This document shows positions 10,702-19,725 of a stretch of 64,000 nt of DNA, piece by piece. This DNA is from Candidatus Omnitrophota bacterium. Lineage in GTDB: Bacteria; Omnitrophota; Gorgyraeia; Gygaellales; Profunditerraquicolaceae. The notes below the pieces were generated by a model. That model saw nothing but the letters and a program-made list of their open reading frames with translations, was not told where the DNA came from and did not search any database. The position numbers and the translations under genes were made by a program. How positions within the stretch are numbered: the first letter of the stretch is position 1; each line of letters opens with the position of its first letter. The stretch spans positions 515,244 to 579,243 of the forward strand of contig JBAZKC010000001.1 in assembly GCA_041651035.1 (NCBI GenBank), given 5' to 3'.

Positions 10702-11969
10702 CTGGTTCTCAAATAGAAAAATGCCGCGTGTGCGGCAATCAGAATTTAATCCCTGTCTGCGACCTGGGAACCATGGCGTTTACAGGCGTATTTCCCAAAA
10801 AAGACGAACAAGGTGTTCCCGAAGGGCCGTTAGAACTCGTGAAGTGCCATAGTGACAGAAATGGGGCCTGCGGGCTTGTCCAGCTTAGGCATTCATTCGA
10901 CCCGCGTATTCTTTTTGGCGAAAGTTATGGTTACCGCTCAGGGTTAAACGGATCTATGCGGCAGCATTTGCAAGCACTCGCATGGAAGATCCGCAGTTTC
11001 GCGTCTCTTGAGGCGGAAGATATCATACTGGATATAGGCAGCAATGATGGAACATTACTTAGTTTCTTTTCCGGAGAAGATCTTATCCTGTTTGGAGTTG
11101 ATCCGACTGCCAGCCAGTTCAGGAGGTATTATCCTGAAGACGCCCGCGTAATCCCCGCTTTGTTTTCCAGCAGCCTTATTAAGAAAGATCTAGGGGCAAA
11201 AAAGGCAAAAGTCATCACGGCAATCGCTGTTTTCTATGATTTCCCCGCGCCGGTGGAATTTCTTAAGGAGGCCAAAGAGATCTTAAGTGATGACGGTATC
11301 TGTGTTTTAGAGCAGAGTTATTTACCTTCGGTGCTTGACAACTGCGCTTATGATATGGTCTGCCACGAGCACGCGGCTTACTATAGATTAAAACAAATTA
11401 AATGGCTGGCGGATCAGGCAGGCCTTAAGATAATCAGTTGCGAGTTAAACCAGGTTAACGGGGGGAGTTTATGCGTGGTCCTGGCACAAAAATGCTCCGC
11501 GTTTAGCGAAGATTCAGATACTGTTAAGCGGCTTATTAACCAGGAAGAGGGGATGTTATTGGATGCTTTATCTCCCTACGCAACTTTTCGCGAAAATATT
11601 CTTAAGCACCGCCAGGCTCTATGCCGCGCGATTGATTCTTTACGCGCTGAAGGCAGGCGTATCTTTGGCTATGGCGCTTCTACTAAAGGGAATGTTCTAC
11701 TACAGTTCTGCGGATTGAGCCCTCAGGAGGTTCCATTTGTGGCGGATATTAACGAAGACAAGTGGGGACGGGTCTGCCCGGGAACAAGGATCCCTATTAT
11801 TTCCGAAGAGGAAGCAATATCCAAGAAGCCGGATGTTTTTTTCGTCCTTCCTTGGCATTTTAAAGAAAGTTTCCTGGCAAAAGAGGAGAGATACTTGCGG
11901 CAGGGCGGCATGTTTCTTTTCCCATTGCCCAGGGTGGATATTATAAAAAAACAAGGATGTAAAACGTGA
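10698..11969 (+). CDS. NDP-hexose C-methyltransferase-like protein (TylC3 family: Zn-ribbon + MTase + C-MTase C-domain)
   Basis: N-terminal CRVCGN…CDLG…C…CGLVQL zinc-binding motif. DIGSNDGTLL MTase motif I. ATGA overlap with the GT2 gene. Confidence 0.6.
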   Translation: MTGSQIEKCRVCGNQNLIPVCDLGTMAFTGVFPKKDEQGVPEGPLELVKCHSDRNGACGLVQLRHSFDPRILFGESYGYRSGLNGSMRQHLQALAWKIRSFASLEAEDIILDIGSNDGTLLSFFSGEDLILFGVDPTASQFRRYYPEDARVIPALFSSSLIKKDLGAKKAKVITAIAVFYDFPAPVEFLKEAKEILSDDGICVLEQSYLPSVLDNCAYDMVCHEHAAYYRLKQIKWLADQAGLKIISCELNQVNGGSLCVVLAQKCSAFSEDSDTVKRLINQEEGMLLDALSPYATFRENILKHRQALCRAIDSLRAEGRRIFGYGASTKGNVLLQFCGLSPQEVPFVADINEDKWGRVCPGTRIPIISEEEAISKKPDVFFVLPWHFKESFLAKEERYLRQGGMFLFPLPRVDIIKKQGCKT

Positions 11970-11985
11970 TCCGGAGAGTGGTTTA

Positions 11986-12513
11986 TTATTTCTGTTCTTC
12001 CAGCCTGCCTTGTATATTTTGAAGTTCTTGGTTCTTCATGAGGCTCATAAACTTCTCATTTTTCATCAAAGACTTGATGTCCTGAGATTTCACAGCGTCG
12101 GCAATCTCCGGGTCTTTTAATATTTCCTGAAACTGGGGATCAAGAAGCAGTTTAGAAACGGATTTTATAGTTTCCGGGTCGTTTGCTATTTTTGACTGCA
12201 TCCGTTCCATTTCTGAATTTATGGCTTCTTTTGTCTGCGGAGAAGGCGTTTCCTGAGTTACCGGAGTCAGGTCCTTAGTTACAAGGATGGGCGCAATAGT
12301 TGTATTTTCTGTCGTAATACGGCGTATTTTTGCCAGGTTGATTTCAATTTTACCCAGGCTTGCCGTGTTTACGGTATAGGTGCCTTTATTAAGAGACGCG
12401 ATTTCTCCTTCAATTATACTGCCATCGGTTAGCTCTATTCTGCTTATCTGTCCGCAATAGGCGGGCATGCTTATGCCGAGAATGAGTGCCAGGCAGAGAG
12501 TGTATTTTTTCAT
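11986..12513 (-). CDS. Secreted/lipoprotein of unknown function
   Basis: MKKYTLCLALILGISMPAYCGQ signal peptide (start trimmed to M13 of the track ORF). Lys/Glu-rich C-terminal half. Confidence 0.4.
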   Translation of the reverse strand: MKKYTLCLALILGISMPAYCGQISRIELTDGSIIEGEIASLNKGTYTVNTASLGKIEINLAKIRRITTENTTIAPILVTKDLTPVTQETPSPQTKEAINSEMERMQSKIANDPETIKSVSKLLLDPQFQEILKDPEIADAVKSQDIKSLMKNEKFMSLMKNQELQNIQGRLEEQK

Positions 12514-12520
12514 GCCAAGG

Positions 12521-12961
12521 CTATTTAGCGGTAGATAACATATAATCAATAAGCTTGTCGCTTGCTTTATTCTGTTTTAGGTAAGTGATGATCTCCGAGT
12601 TAAGTTTGTATACCGAATGCGTCCTGTCAATTTCGCTGATTATAACAGCGTCGGGAGTGCCTTGGGATGTCATTTCAGCTATTTTAGTTAAAGATATGTG
12701 GTTAGGGTTTACTGCTGTCGCTTCTTTATCCTTCTTGTCCATGGCGTTGCCGATCAGGCCGCCGCCCAATACTCCCGCTACTGCGCCAATCCCCGCTCCT
12801 TCCAGTCCATGGCCGCTCTGATGCCCGATTATTCCTCCAGCGGTAGCGCCGATCAACCCTCCGGCGACCGCCCCGGTTTTCGTTTTCGGCCCCAGAGATT
12901 CACACCCCGCGGCTATTAAAGCCAATACCGCGAATAAAACTAATAATTTTCCTTTTTTCAT
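12521..12961 (-). CDS. Lipoprotein with glycine-zipper domain (SlyB/17-kDa-antigen-like)
   Basis: Lipobox LIAAGC. GGLIGATAGGIIG…GAGIGAVAGVLGGGLIG glycine zipper. Confidence 0.5.
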   Translation of the reverse strand: MKKGKLLVLFAVLALIAAGCESLGPKTKTGAVAGGLIGATAGGIIGHQSGHGLEGAGIGAVAGVLGGGLIGNAMDKKDKEATAVNPNHISLTKIAEMTSQGTPDAVIISEIDRTHSVYKLNSEIITYLKQNKASDKLIDYMLSTAK

Positions 12962-13118
12962 GCCTAGCCTCCTTCTTGTCCGCGCCGGTTTTTATAAACA
13001 GATATATTTTTACATAAAAATTAATATAAAACAAGAGTTTATTATTGCTTTATTTTCTGATATAGTAATAGATATAGTTCTTAGTGTCTTTTAGAAGGGT
13101 AGCGAAGGGAGGGGTAAG

Positions 13119-13514
13119 ATGGCAGAGTTAAAAGAGTTGCTGCAGGGCGCGGACTGGAAGCAGGAAAAACACGTTCCGGTAATTGAGGCGGCTGATAAAG
13201 CAAAAAAGGGGGAATTCCTTACTGTTAAAGTCAGCGTAGGCAAAGAAATCCCTCACCCTAATACTACGGCACATCATATCCGCTGGATAGAAGTTTATTT
13301 TCTAGCCAAAGGGGAGAAATTTCCTTATCAGATCGGAAGGTTTGAATTCAATTCTCATGGAGAATCAACGCAGGGGCCGGATACAAGCAGCATATATACC
13401 CATCCCGAAGCAGATTTGAAGTTTAAGACAGATAAGCCAGGCGTAATTCTTGCCTCTTCTTATTGCAACATCCACGGGCTCTGGCAAAATTCCAAAGATT
13501 TGGAAATAGTATAG
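13119..13514 (+). CDS. Superoxide reductase (desulfoferrodoxin/neelaredoxin family)
   Basis: EKHVPVI, HPNTTAHHIRWIE and CNIHGLW match the SOR Fe-centre ligand pattern (H, H, H, C, H). GAAGGGAGG RBS upstream. Confidence 0.7.
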   Translation: MAELKELLQGADWKQEKHVPVIEAADKAKKGEFLTVKVSVGKEIPHPNTTAHHIRWIEVYFLAKGEKFPYQIGRFEFNSHGESTQGPDTSSIYTHPEADLKFKTDKPGVILASSYCNIHGLWQNSKDLEIV

Positions 13515-13578
13515 ATTTATTCTTTCCCGCTTGACTTAATTCCTGTCATAAAGTAGAATTAATTTGATGTGATGGTAC

Positions 13579-13662
13579 GCGCGGGTGGTGGAATGGCAGA
13601 CACGCTACTTTGAGGGGGTAGTGGGGCAACCCGTGAGAGTTCAAGTCTCTCCCCGCGCACCA
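13579..13662 (+). tRNA. tRNA-Leu (anticodon GAG), class II with long variable arm, CCA encoded
   Basis: Acceptor GCGCGGG/CCCGCGC. D-stem GTG/CAC. Anticodon stem CTACT/GGTAG, loop TTGAGGG with G37. 13-nt variable arm. T-arm GAGAG-TTCAAGT-CTCTC. ACCA 3' end. Confidence 0.8.
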
Positions 13663-13670
13663 AATCCCCC

Positions 13671-14612
13671 CTAGTTTTCTTTATCAACTTTACGCTTATC
13701 TTTTACGTAATTACTTTTCTCAAGGCTCTTGGCGAGAGATTTTAATTCCGCCCCGATCTCCCCGATCTGGGCAACATGGGTAATCTTACGGAACTCATTT
13801 GTTACTACTCCGATAGACACAGACAGAAGCGGTATTTTTCGTTCTTTGCCTTGCCTGTCGAAGGCAAAGATATAGCCTTTTTCCCGGTCAGTCTCATTAT
13901 AAAAGGTAGGGGAGGTCTTCTCGAAATCGGCGATTATCGTCTCGCAGATATTGTCTACGAATTTGGGGGTGGTGATGACCACAAAATCATCTCCGCCGAT
14001 ATGGCCGATGAAATCTTCCGGGCTGCCGGCTTGCTGCGTCGAGCGTATTAATATGCGGGCAGTCTCGCGGATAACTTCATCCCCGTGCTCAAAGCCGTAT
14101 TTATCATTATACGCCTTGAATTTATCCAGATCTACGTAGCAGACGGCAAGGTCGGACTTATTCTCTATTCTGCGCGAAAGCTCGGTTAGGATAGAAACAT
14201 TGCCGGGCAGGCGCGTTAACGGGTTAGCCTCAAGGTCTCTTTCCGTGCGCCGCAAGCTCATACGGATGCGGGCCAGTAATTCTTTGGGTTCAAAAGGTTT
14301 TACCACATAGTCATCGGCTCCCGCGTCAATGCCGTCTACTTTATCGCTAATATCCCCTTTTCCGGTAACCATGATTATAGGCAGGTGCCTAAGCAGCAGG
14401 TCTTTTTTAACTGTCCTGCAGACCTGCCTGCCGTCGATCTTGGGTATCTTATAATCCAGCAATACCAGATTAAGAGGTTTTGAGTTAATGATCTTTAAGG
14501 CTTCTTCTCCGTCGCCGGCCTCGAAGATCTCGTAGTTTTCTTCCGAAAGCGTGAGTTTCAATATGTCCCGTATGTCGGGGTCATCATCAACAATAAGTAT
14601 TCGTATGGCCAT
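13671..14612 (-). CDS. Response regulator with GGDEF-family output domain (variant GGDDF motif)
   Basis: REC domain (DDDPDIRD…D…K) plus a GGDEF-type domain with HIGGDDFVVI. The E-to-D change at motif position 4 makes cyclase activity uncertain. Confidence 0.7.
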   Translation of the reverse strand: MAIRILIVDDDPDIRDILKLTLSEENYEIFEAGDGEEALKIINSKPLNLVLLDYKIPKIDGRQVCRTVKKDLLLRHLPIIMVTGKGDISDKVDGIDAGADDYVVKPFEPKELLARIRMSLRRTERDLEANPLTRLPGNVSILTELSRRIENKSDLAVCYVDLDKFKAYNDKYGFEHGDEVIRETARILIRSTQQAGSPEDFIGHIGGDDFVVITTPKFVDNICETIIADFEKTSPTFYNETDREKGYIFAFDRQGKERKIPLLSVSIGVVTNEFRKITHVAQIGEIGAELKSLAKSLEKSNYVKDKRKVDKEN

Positions 14613-14617
14613 AGTAT

Positions 14618-16099
14618 TTATATAGGTTGCGGTATAGTAAAGCTAAAGGTTGATCCGGAGTTGAATTTGCTTTTTACCCAGATTTTTCCGTCGTGCGCTT
14701 CGATGATATGTTTTACCACGGCTAATCCCAGGCCCGTACCCTTTGCTTTTTGGTTGATAAGGTTATCCACACGGTAGAATTCTTCAAATATCTTTTCTTG
14801 GGCTTCTTCCGGTATGCCGCATCCGGTATCAGTGATATCTATCTGCACCCCTTTCTCCGCCTTATGCGCCGATACGGTGATCTTTCCTGCCGGAGGAGTA
14901 AATTTCATAGCGTTACCGATGAGGTTTATAAAGACGCGTTCGATCTGGCTGCGGTCCGCGGATATGGTATTAGCGTCGGCGCTAATATTATAACCAAATT
15001 CTATCTGCCGTTCTTTTAATTGCATCGATAATAGATCAGAAACATTTTCAATGATGTTTTTTAGTTCCAGGGATTCTTTTTTCATGACCACCCTGCCGCT
15101 TTCGATGCGCGCTATATCCAGAAGGTCGTTTACCAGGTGCACCAGCTCGTCGCTATGCCTGTTGATCTTATCCAGGCGTTCCCTGATCTCGGAAGGGATA
15201 TCGCCTAACTTTCCGGTAAGCAGGATCGAGGCATACCCTTTTATGGACGTAAGAGGGGTCCTTAGTTCATGCGATACACTGGAAACAAAATCGGTCTTCC
15301 GGTTATTTATTATTTTTACTTCATTTAACGCGTTTGTTAAATCGCGGGTCCTTTCTTCAACCCTTTTCTCCAGAGCCTGCTGTGTGCGCCAGGTTTTTTC
15401 AAACAGCCGCGCGTTTTCCAACGCCTGGCCCAGCTGGTTAGCCAAAATAGTGATTAGCTCTTCGTCGCCCTCGTTTATTAAGGTGTCTATGTTTTGCGTG
15501 CCTACAAAAAGGAAACCTTTCTCTCCTTCTTTAGGCAGGACAGGGGAGATGATAAAAGAAACAACCTTAAATACCCGGTCCTTGGCTTCTTTAAACACAG
15601 CATCAATTGGCAAGGATATCGAGGACACGGCTTTCTCGGCCGTTATTAGATCCAGGTATTTGTTTTTGTTCAGTCCTACGTAAGACTGGATTGTTTCAGT
15701 TTCATCTTGTGAATAACCTATATACATCTGGGGCAGGAATTTCTTTTCTACCTCGTTCCATAAGAAAACGCAGGCTTTCTCAAATCCCAGTTCATCTAAG
15801 TCCGCACCCTGCATCATTTTGAAGATCTGGTTTTCTTCCAGGGTTGTGCTTATCGTCCGTGATAATCTCTGCAGAGTGTAGAGCCCGGTTAATTTTTTAT
15901 CCAGGTCCTCTTGAGTCTTACTTAATTCCATGTCCGTGCGCACGATAAGCTTGGCTTGCTCGTCCATTTCATCTACTGATTTCTTCAGGCTATTAAACGC
16001 TGCCCGCAGCTGCCGTATTGTTTCTATCTTATAGGTAAGCATTATAGCCAGCGCGGCTATTGCCAGAAGGCCGATCAATCCGAGTATCCCTGTCAGCAT
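14618..16099 (-). CDS. Sensor histidine kinase (TM + GAF-like + HisKA + HATPase_c)
   Basis: H-box HELRTPLTSIKGY. G-boxes DTGCGIP and GTGLGLAVV. N-terminal TM helix. Confidence 0.75.
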   Translation of the reverse strand: MLTGILGLIGLLAIAALAIMLTYKIETIRQLRAAFNSLKKSVDEMDEQAKLIVRTDMELSKTQEDLDKKLTGLYTLQRLSRTISTTLEENQIFKMMQGADLDELGFEKACVFLWNEVEKKFLPQMYIGYSQDETETIQSYVGLNKNKYLDLITAEKAVSSISLPIDAVFKEAKDRVFKVVSFIISPVLPKEGEKGFLFVGTQNIDTLINEGDEELITILANQLGQALENARLFEKTWRTQQALEKRVEERTRDLTNALNEVKIINNRKTDFVSSVSHELRTPLTSIKGYASILLTGKLGDIPSEIRERLDKINRHSDELVHLVNDLLDIARIESGRVVMKKESLELKNIIENVSDLLSMQLKERQIEFGYNISADANTISADRSQIERVFINLIGNAMKFTPPAGKITVSAHKAEKGVQIDITDTGCGIPEEAQEKIFEEFYRVDNLINQKAKGTGLGLAVVKHIIEAHDGKIWVKSKFNSGSTFSFTIPQPI

Positions 16100-16100
16100 A

Positions 16101-17306
16101 TTAATAAGCCCCCATTCCTAAAATAGCGATTGTCTGGTTATGGAAATATGCCCTGCCCTGGTAATTAACGGCTTTTAAAGGGGCTTCTTCCCCATAGGTA
16201 TATATCCCGATTATAGGGGTATCTTTGCCCAGCCTGTCTTTGATTATTTCCAGTTCTTTATTTGCCTGCCTGCCCAGCAGTATATACCTTGAGACAGAAT
16301 CAAATACGAATACAAAATTACTCGCGTGTCCCCGCAGTCCGTTTTTTACTTCTTCTGCCGCCTGCGCGGTCGCAGCCAGGCAGGATTCTTTTGTGCCGAT
16401 CATTAATCTTATCAGGCTTCCTTCAGGCACGTCGCTTTGGAACACCAAAGCGCCGCTGTCCTCCATAGAGATGATATTCCTTAAAAGGTATTCTTCTTCT
16501 CCTTGAAGATATATGCCTATCGGGTATAATATGGATATGCGCTTTAGTTCTTTTCTTAATTGAACCAGGTCGGAGGCGAAATAATCTTTATAGATTTCCG
16601 CGGCGGGGGCTTTATCTATTTCATATACGATGTTCCCGCTCGACTTGGTTACGTAGCGAGGTTTGCCCAAAGGCTTCCATCCGTGTTTAACCCCTAAGCC
16701 AAAATTTAGCTTGCCTCCCCAGAGCACCCCGCAAGCCGCGTCGCTGAATACTTCGTCGTTAAAGTAGACGGATGTCTTTTTAAAAGCAAGGTTATCCGAG
16801 GCTGCCGCGCCTGCCAAAGGGAAGCTTATTCCCAATTTTTCCTGCAGGCCGTAGAGGAAGCTGGATTCATCGCGGAGGAGGCCGTCGGAGAATATCACGC
16901 TGAGATCCCTGCGGATATTCTTGAAGCCATACAATAGTCTTTCGCCTAATTCTCCTCCCGCGGAAACGGCTGGCCTGGCGCTTATTCCTTTGACATAGGC
17001 AGTATTGAAATATATCCCTTCCGGGAAACTTAAAAGCATGACTGCCAGGCCATGTTTGAATACGCCTGTATTAGATATGATCCCTAAACCGGTGCAGCCG
17101 ACTATTCTTGCCGATCCCAATAAGCTGGAGGCTATTTTTAAAAAAGCCGGATGGGCGGCGAATTCTATTGAACTAAAGACTATCGCTAAGTCTATTTTTT
17201 CCGTATGTATGTTTGATTTTGCCTGCATAACCGCGGCCTGGGTTGCCCGAAAGACATCTTTTTCCGTGCTTAAACCTATGCCTATCTGTATGCCCATTTT
17301 TGCCAA
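16101..17306 (-). CDS. FIST-domain sensory protein
   Basis: FIST_N/FIST_C-like pattern (…VFSSIEF…GCTGLG…; …AAASD…VLWGG…). Translationally adjacent to the HK and RR genes, as in an operon. Confidence 0.55.
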   Translation of the reverse strand: MAKMGIQIGIGLSTEKDVFRATQAAVMQAKSNIHTEKIDLAIVFSSIEFAAHPAFLKIASSLLGSARIVGCTGLGIISNTGVFKHGLAVMLLSFPEGIYFNTAYVKGISARPAVSAGGELGERLLYGFKNIRRDLSVIFSDGLLRDESSFLYGLQEKLGISFPLAGAAASDNLAFKKTSVYFNDEVFSDAACGVLWGGKLNFGLGVKHGWKPLGKPRYVTKSSGNIVYEIDKAPAAEIYKDYFASDLVQLRKELKRISILYPIGIYLQGEEEYLLRNIISMEDSGALVFQSDVPEGSLIRLMIGTKESCLAATAQAAEEVKNGLRGHASNFVFVFDSVSRYILLGRQANKELEIIKDRLGKDTPIIGIYTYGEEAPLKAVNYQGRAYFHNQTIAILGMGAY

Positions 17307-17457
17307 GTCCCCGGTTTATGCCACAAAGGGTTGTGGCTCGGATCTAATTTGCGCCAACAATAATATACATCATTTATTTAAAAATTCAATCGTAATAATT
17401 GGTTAAAATTTATTGACCCGGAGGCGTCTTTATATTACAATAGTTAAACTAAATTTT

Positions 17458-17535
17458 GGCCCCATCGTCTAGCCTGGTCTAGGACGTCAGGTTCTCAGCC
17501 TGTAAACACCGGTTCAAATCCGGTTGGGGCTACCA
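17458..17535 (+). tRNA. tRNA-Glu (anticodon CTC), CCA encoded
   Basis: Architecture close to E. coli tRNA-Glu (…TCGTCTAG…GGAC…). Anticodon loop TTCTCAG. T-arm ACCGG-TTCAAAT-CCGGT. Acceptor GGCCCCA/TGGGGCT with a G1-U72 wobble and a U27-U43 mismatch. Confidence 0.65.
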
Positions 17536-17612
17536 AATCAGATTTTTGGGTGGAGTTTGGTTGCAACTGTTTGAAGAGTAAAAAGGTTAAGCGGCAATCT
17601 TAACAGTATTCG

Positions 17613-18953
17613 TCATTCCTCTAGGACGGCTAGGATAGTTTCGCCCCCTCTTATTTTTTCCCCGATCTTTGCCTTTATTTTAAAATTCCGGGGTATATAC
17701 ACCTGGACACACGAGCCGAATTCAATAATCCCTATCCTGTCGCCCTGTCTAACAAGGTCATTCTTTTTACAATAACAGGAAATCCGTCTGATCAATTTTC
17801 CGGAAATCTGCCTTACCATTATCTTAAACCGGCTGTTGGTTATCGCAATCAGGTTGTTTTCATTATCTGCCGCTTTGTTTTTGTTAAAAGCGAAATGAAA
17901 TTTTCCGGGAGAATATATTATTGATTCCACTATCCCGCTGACAGGGGAACGGGTGGTATGGACATCAAAGAGCGACAGGTAGATAGATATCCTTGTATAA
18001 GGCCCGCTTGGGACACTATCACAAAGGGCAATATCTGTCAGGCGGCCGTCCGCGGGAGATAAGATGGCCTTCTCGGAAAGCGGGATGGCCCTCTCGGGGT
18101 CGCGAAAGAAAAATGCGATAAAAGTAGCGAAGGCTAGTAAAAATATTCCTAGGAAAAGATTGGCGGCCAACACGACCAACCCAATAGCCAATAGCCAGAC
18201 TACATAAGGCTGTTTTCTCTTGACGATGCCGAATTCTTTAAAATAAAGATAGAATCCGGAGATAGAGAAGGTTATTATTGAGAAAAATTGCGCGTGGGTC
18301 AGGCCGTACAGGAAAATAGGATTAGTTCTGTAGAATTCTATTAAAAACCTGTAAATTGAATACAGGAATATCCCTGTCCAAAACGTCTGGCCGTCATATC
18401 GTCGTTGTTTCTGCAGGCGCATTAAAAATCCCATAATGGCCAGTTCGCTGAAAAACATATATATTTGGGCCGGATGCACAGCTACGCCAGGGTTAAACGG
18501 GAATCTTATAGCCCACGGCACGTTGGCGGGTTTTCCTATGCAGCATCCCTGCGCCAGGCACCCTATCCTTCCAATGGTGCTCATGATCATCGCCGAGACC
18601 ATAAAGTTATCCATGATCTTCTTGACGGGCCATTTAAGGGCCCTCGATATTAAAATGAAATATACCAATACTGATAAGAAACAGCTGTGGAAAAATCTTC
18701 CCGGACAGCCCCTCAAGAGATTGAACATCGGATTCTGATGAAGGATGAACTTTCGATAGAGGAAGGGGATCACCATTCCTCCGTACAGCTGTACCATGAA
18801 GCCGGATAAGATGGCAAAAAACAGCCAGGATCTGCTTAGATGCAGGCCGGCGCCCGCCCTGTACCAATAATAAGAGGCCATGGCGTAACCCAACACGGCC
18901 ATTAAATTGTAAACAAGAATATGGTGGCCAAATATAATTATATAGGGATGCAT
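17613..18953 (-). CDS. lgt: Fusion protein: prolipoprotein diacylglyceryl transferase (Lgt) plus phosphatidylserine-decarboxylase-like (Psd) domain
   Basis: N-terminal half carries GRIGCLAQGCCIGKP…PWAIRFP…HPAQIYMFF…IEFYR, matching the Lgt signature (GRLGNFINGE…PFAMLFP…HPSQLYE…VEFFR). C-terminal half has the PSD-proenzyme pattern with an FGS(C) cleavage-site-like motif. Confidence 0.6.
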   Translation of the reverse strand: MHPYIIIFGHHILVYNLMAVLGYAMASYYWYRAGAGLHLSRSWLFFAILSGFMVQLYGGMVIPFLYRKFILHQNPMFNLLRGCPGRFFHSCFLSVLVYFILISRALKWPVKKIMDNFMVSAMIMSTIGRIGCLAQGCCIGKPANVPWAIRFPFNPGVAVHPAQIYMFFSELAIMGFLMRLQKQRRYDGQTFWTGIFLYSIYRFLIEFYRTNPIFLYGLTHAQFFSIITFSISGFYLYFKEFGIVKRKQPYVVWLLAIGLVVLAANLFLGIFLLAFATFIAFFFRDPERAIPLSEKAILSPADGRLTDIALCDSVPSGPYTRISIYLSLFDVHTTRSPVSGIVESIIYSPGKFHFAFNKNKAADNENNLIAITNSRFKIMVRQISGKLIRRISCYCKKNDLVRQGDRIGIIEFGSCVQVYIPRNFKIKAKIGEKIRGGETILAVLEE

Positions 18954-19034
18954 TTTTTCCTTTTAAATTTCCTTGTTTAGACTATAATTTAAACAAGGAC
19001 TATATATAGAATGTAATCTTATCATATTATTATA

Positions 19035-19679
19035 ATGCCAGTCAAGAAGGTATTGGGTAATATCGGGATAAAAATAAGGGTTTTTATCTTCTATTCTCTC
19101 GCTGGGATCGCCAAAATAATTTACTTGCTCTATGTGGCCACAATAGAGCCCAGGACAGTGACGATTAACCCAAAATATCATCCGCGCGGGATACCCACGG
19201 AGTTTAACGCTATCTATGTGTACTGGCATTCGAAGTTATTTATGATAATGCCTATGTGTAGAAATTCCCGTTTGGTGGGATTAACGCTCCTTGACTGGAA
19301 GAATTTTTTTTATGACAAATTATGCAGAGTTTTTGGATATTATACTATTCCTTTGACCAGTGATGCTAGCGCCGCAAGAAAGCTTAAACAGATGGCTGAC
19401 GATGGTTTCAATATTGCCTTGGCCGTAGACGGCCCGCGGGGCCCTTTAGGCGTGGTAAGGCCCGGTGCCGCATATCTGGCTCAAAAGACAAAAAGGCCGA
19501 TAATCAGCGCAAATATCAAATTTGACAAGAGCATAAGGCTGTGGAGAAGGTGGGATAAGCTTGAAATCCCGTTTCCTTTTAGCAGGGCAACCCTTACCTT
19601 TGGAGAACCTATCTATCCTGATGGAAAAAGTATCAAAGAAATATCTGACGAACTCAAAATGAAGTTAGGCGATTGCTGA
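19035..19679 (+). CDS. DUF374 (lysophospholipid acyltransferase-like) protein
   Basis: AVDGPRGP motif, characteristic of the DUF374 family. Confidence 0.45.
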   Translation: MPVKKVLGNIGIKIRVFIFYSLAGIAKIIYLLYVATIEPRTVTINPKYHPRGIPTEFNAIYVYWHSKLFMIMPMCRNSRLVGLTLLDWKNFFYDKLCRVFGYYTIPLTSDASAARKLKQMADDGFNIALAVDGPRGPLGVVRPGAAYLAQKTKRPIISANIKFDKSIRLWRRWDKLEIPFPFSRATLTFGEPIYPDGKSIKEISDELKMKLGDC

Positions 19680-19725
19680 CAAAAATCGTGTCCGGCTCTT
19701 GAGAGGCAGATGATATTAATTAAAA

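Noticed and set aside
15051-15683. 210-aa plus-strand ORF
   Set aside because: It is antisense to the histidine kinase gene, whose H-box and G-boxes are unambiguous.
18963-19229. 88-aa minus-strand ORF
   Set aside because: It overlaps the start of the DUF374 gene on the opposite strand and has no recognisable features.
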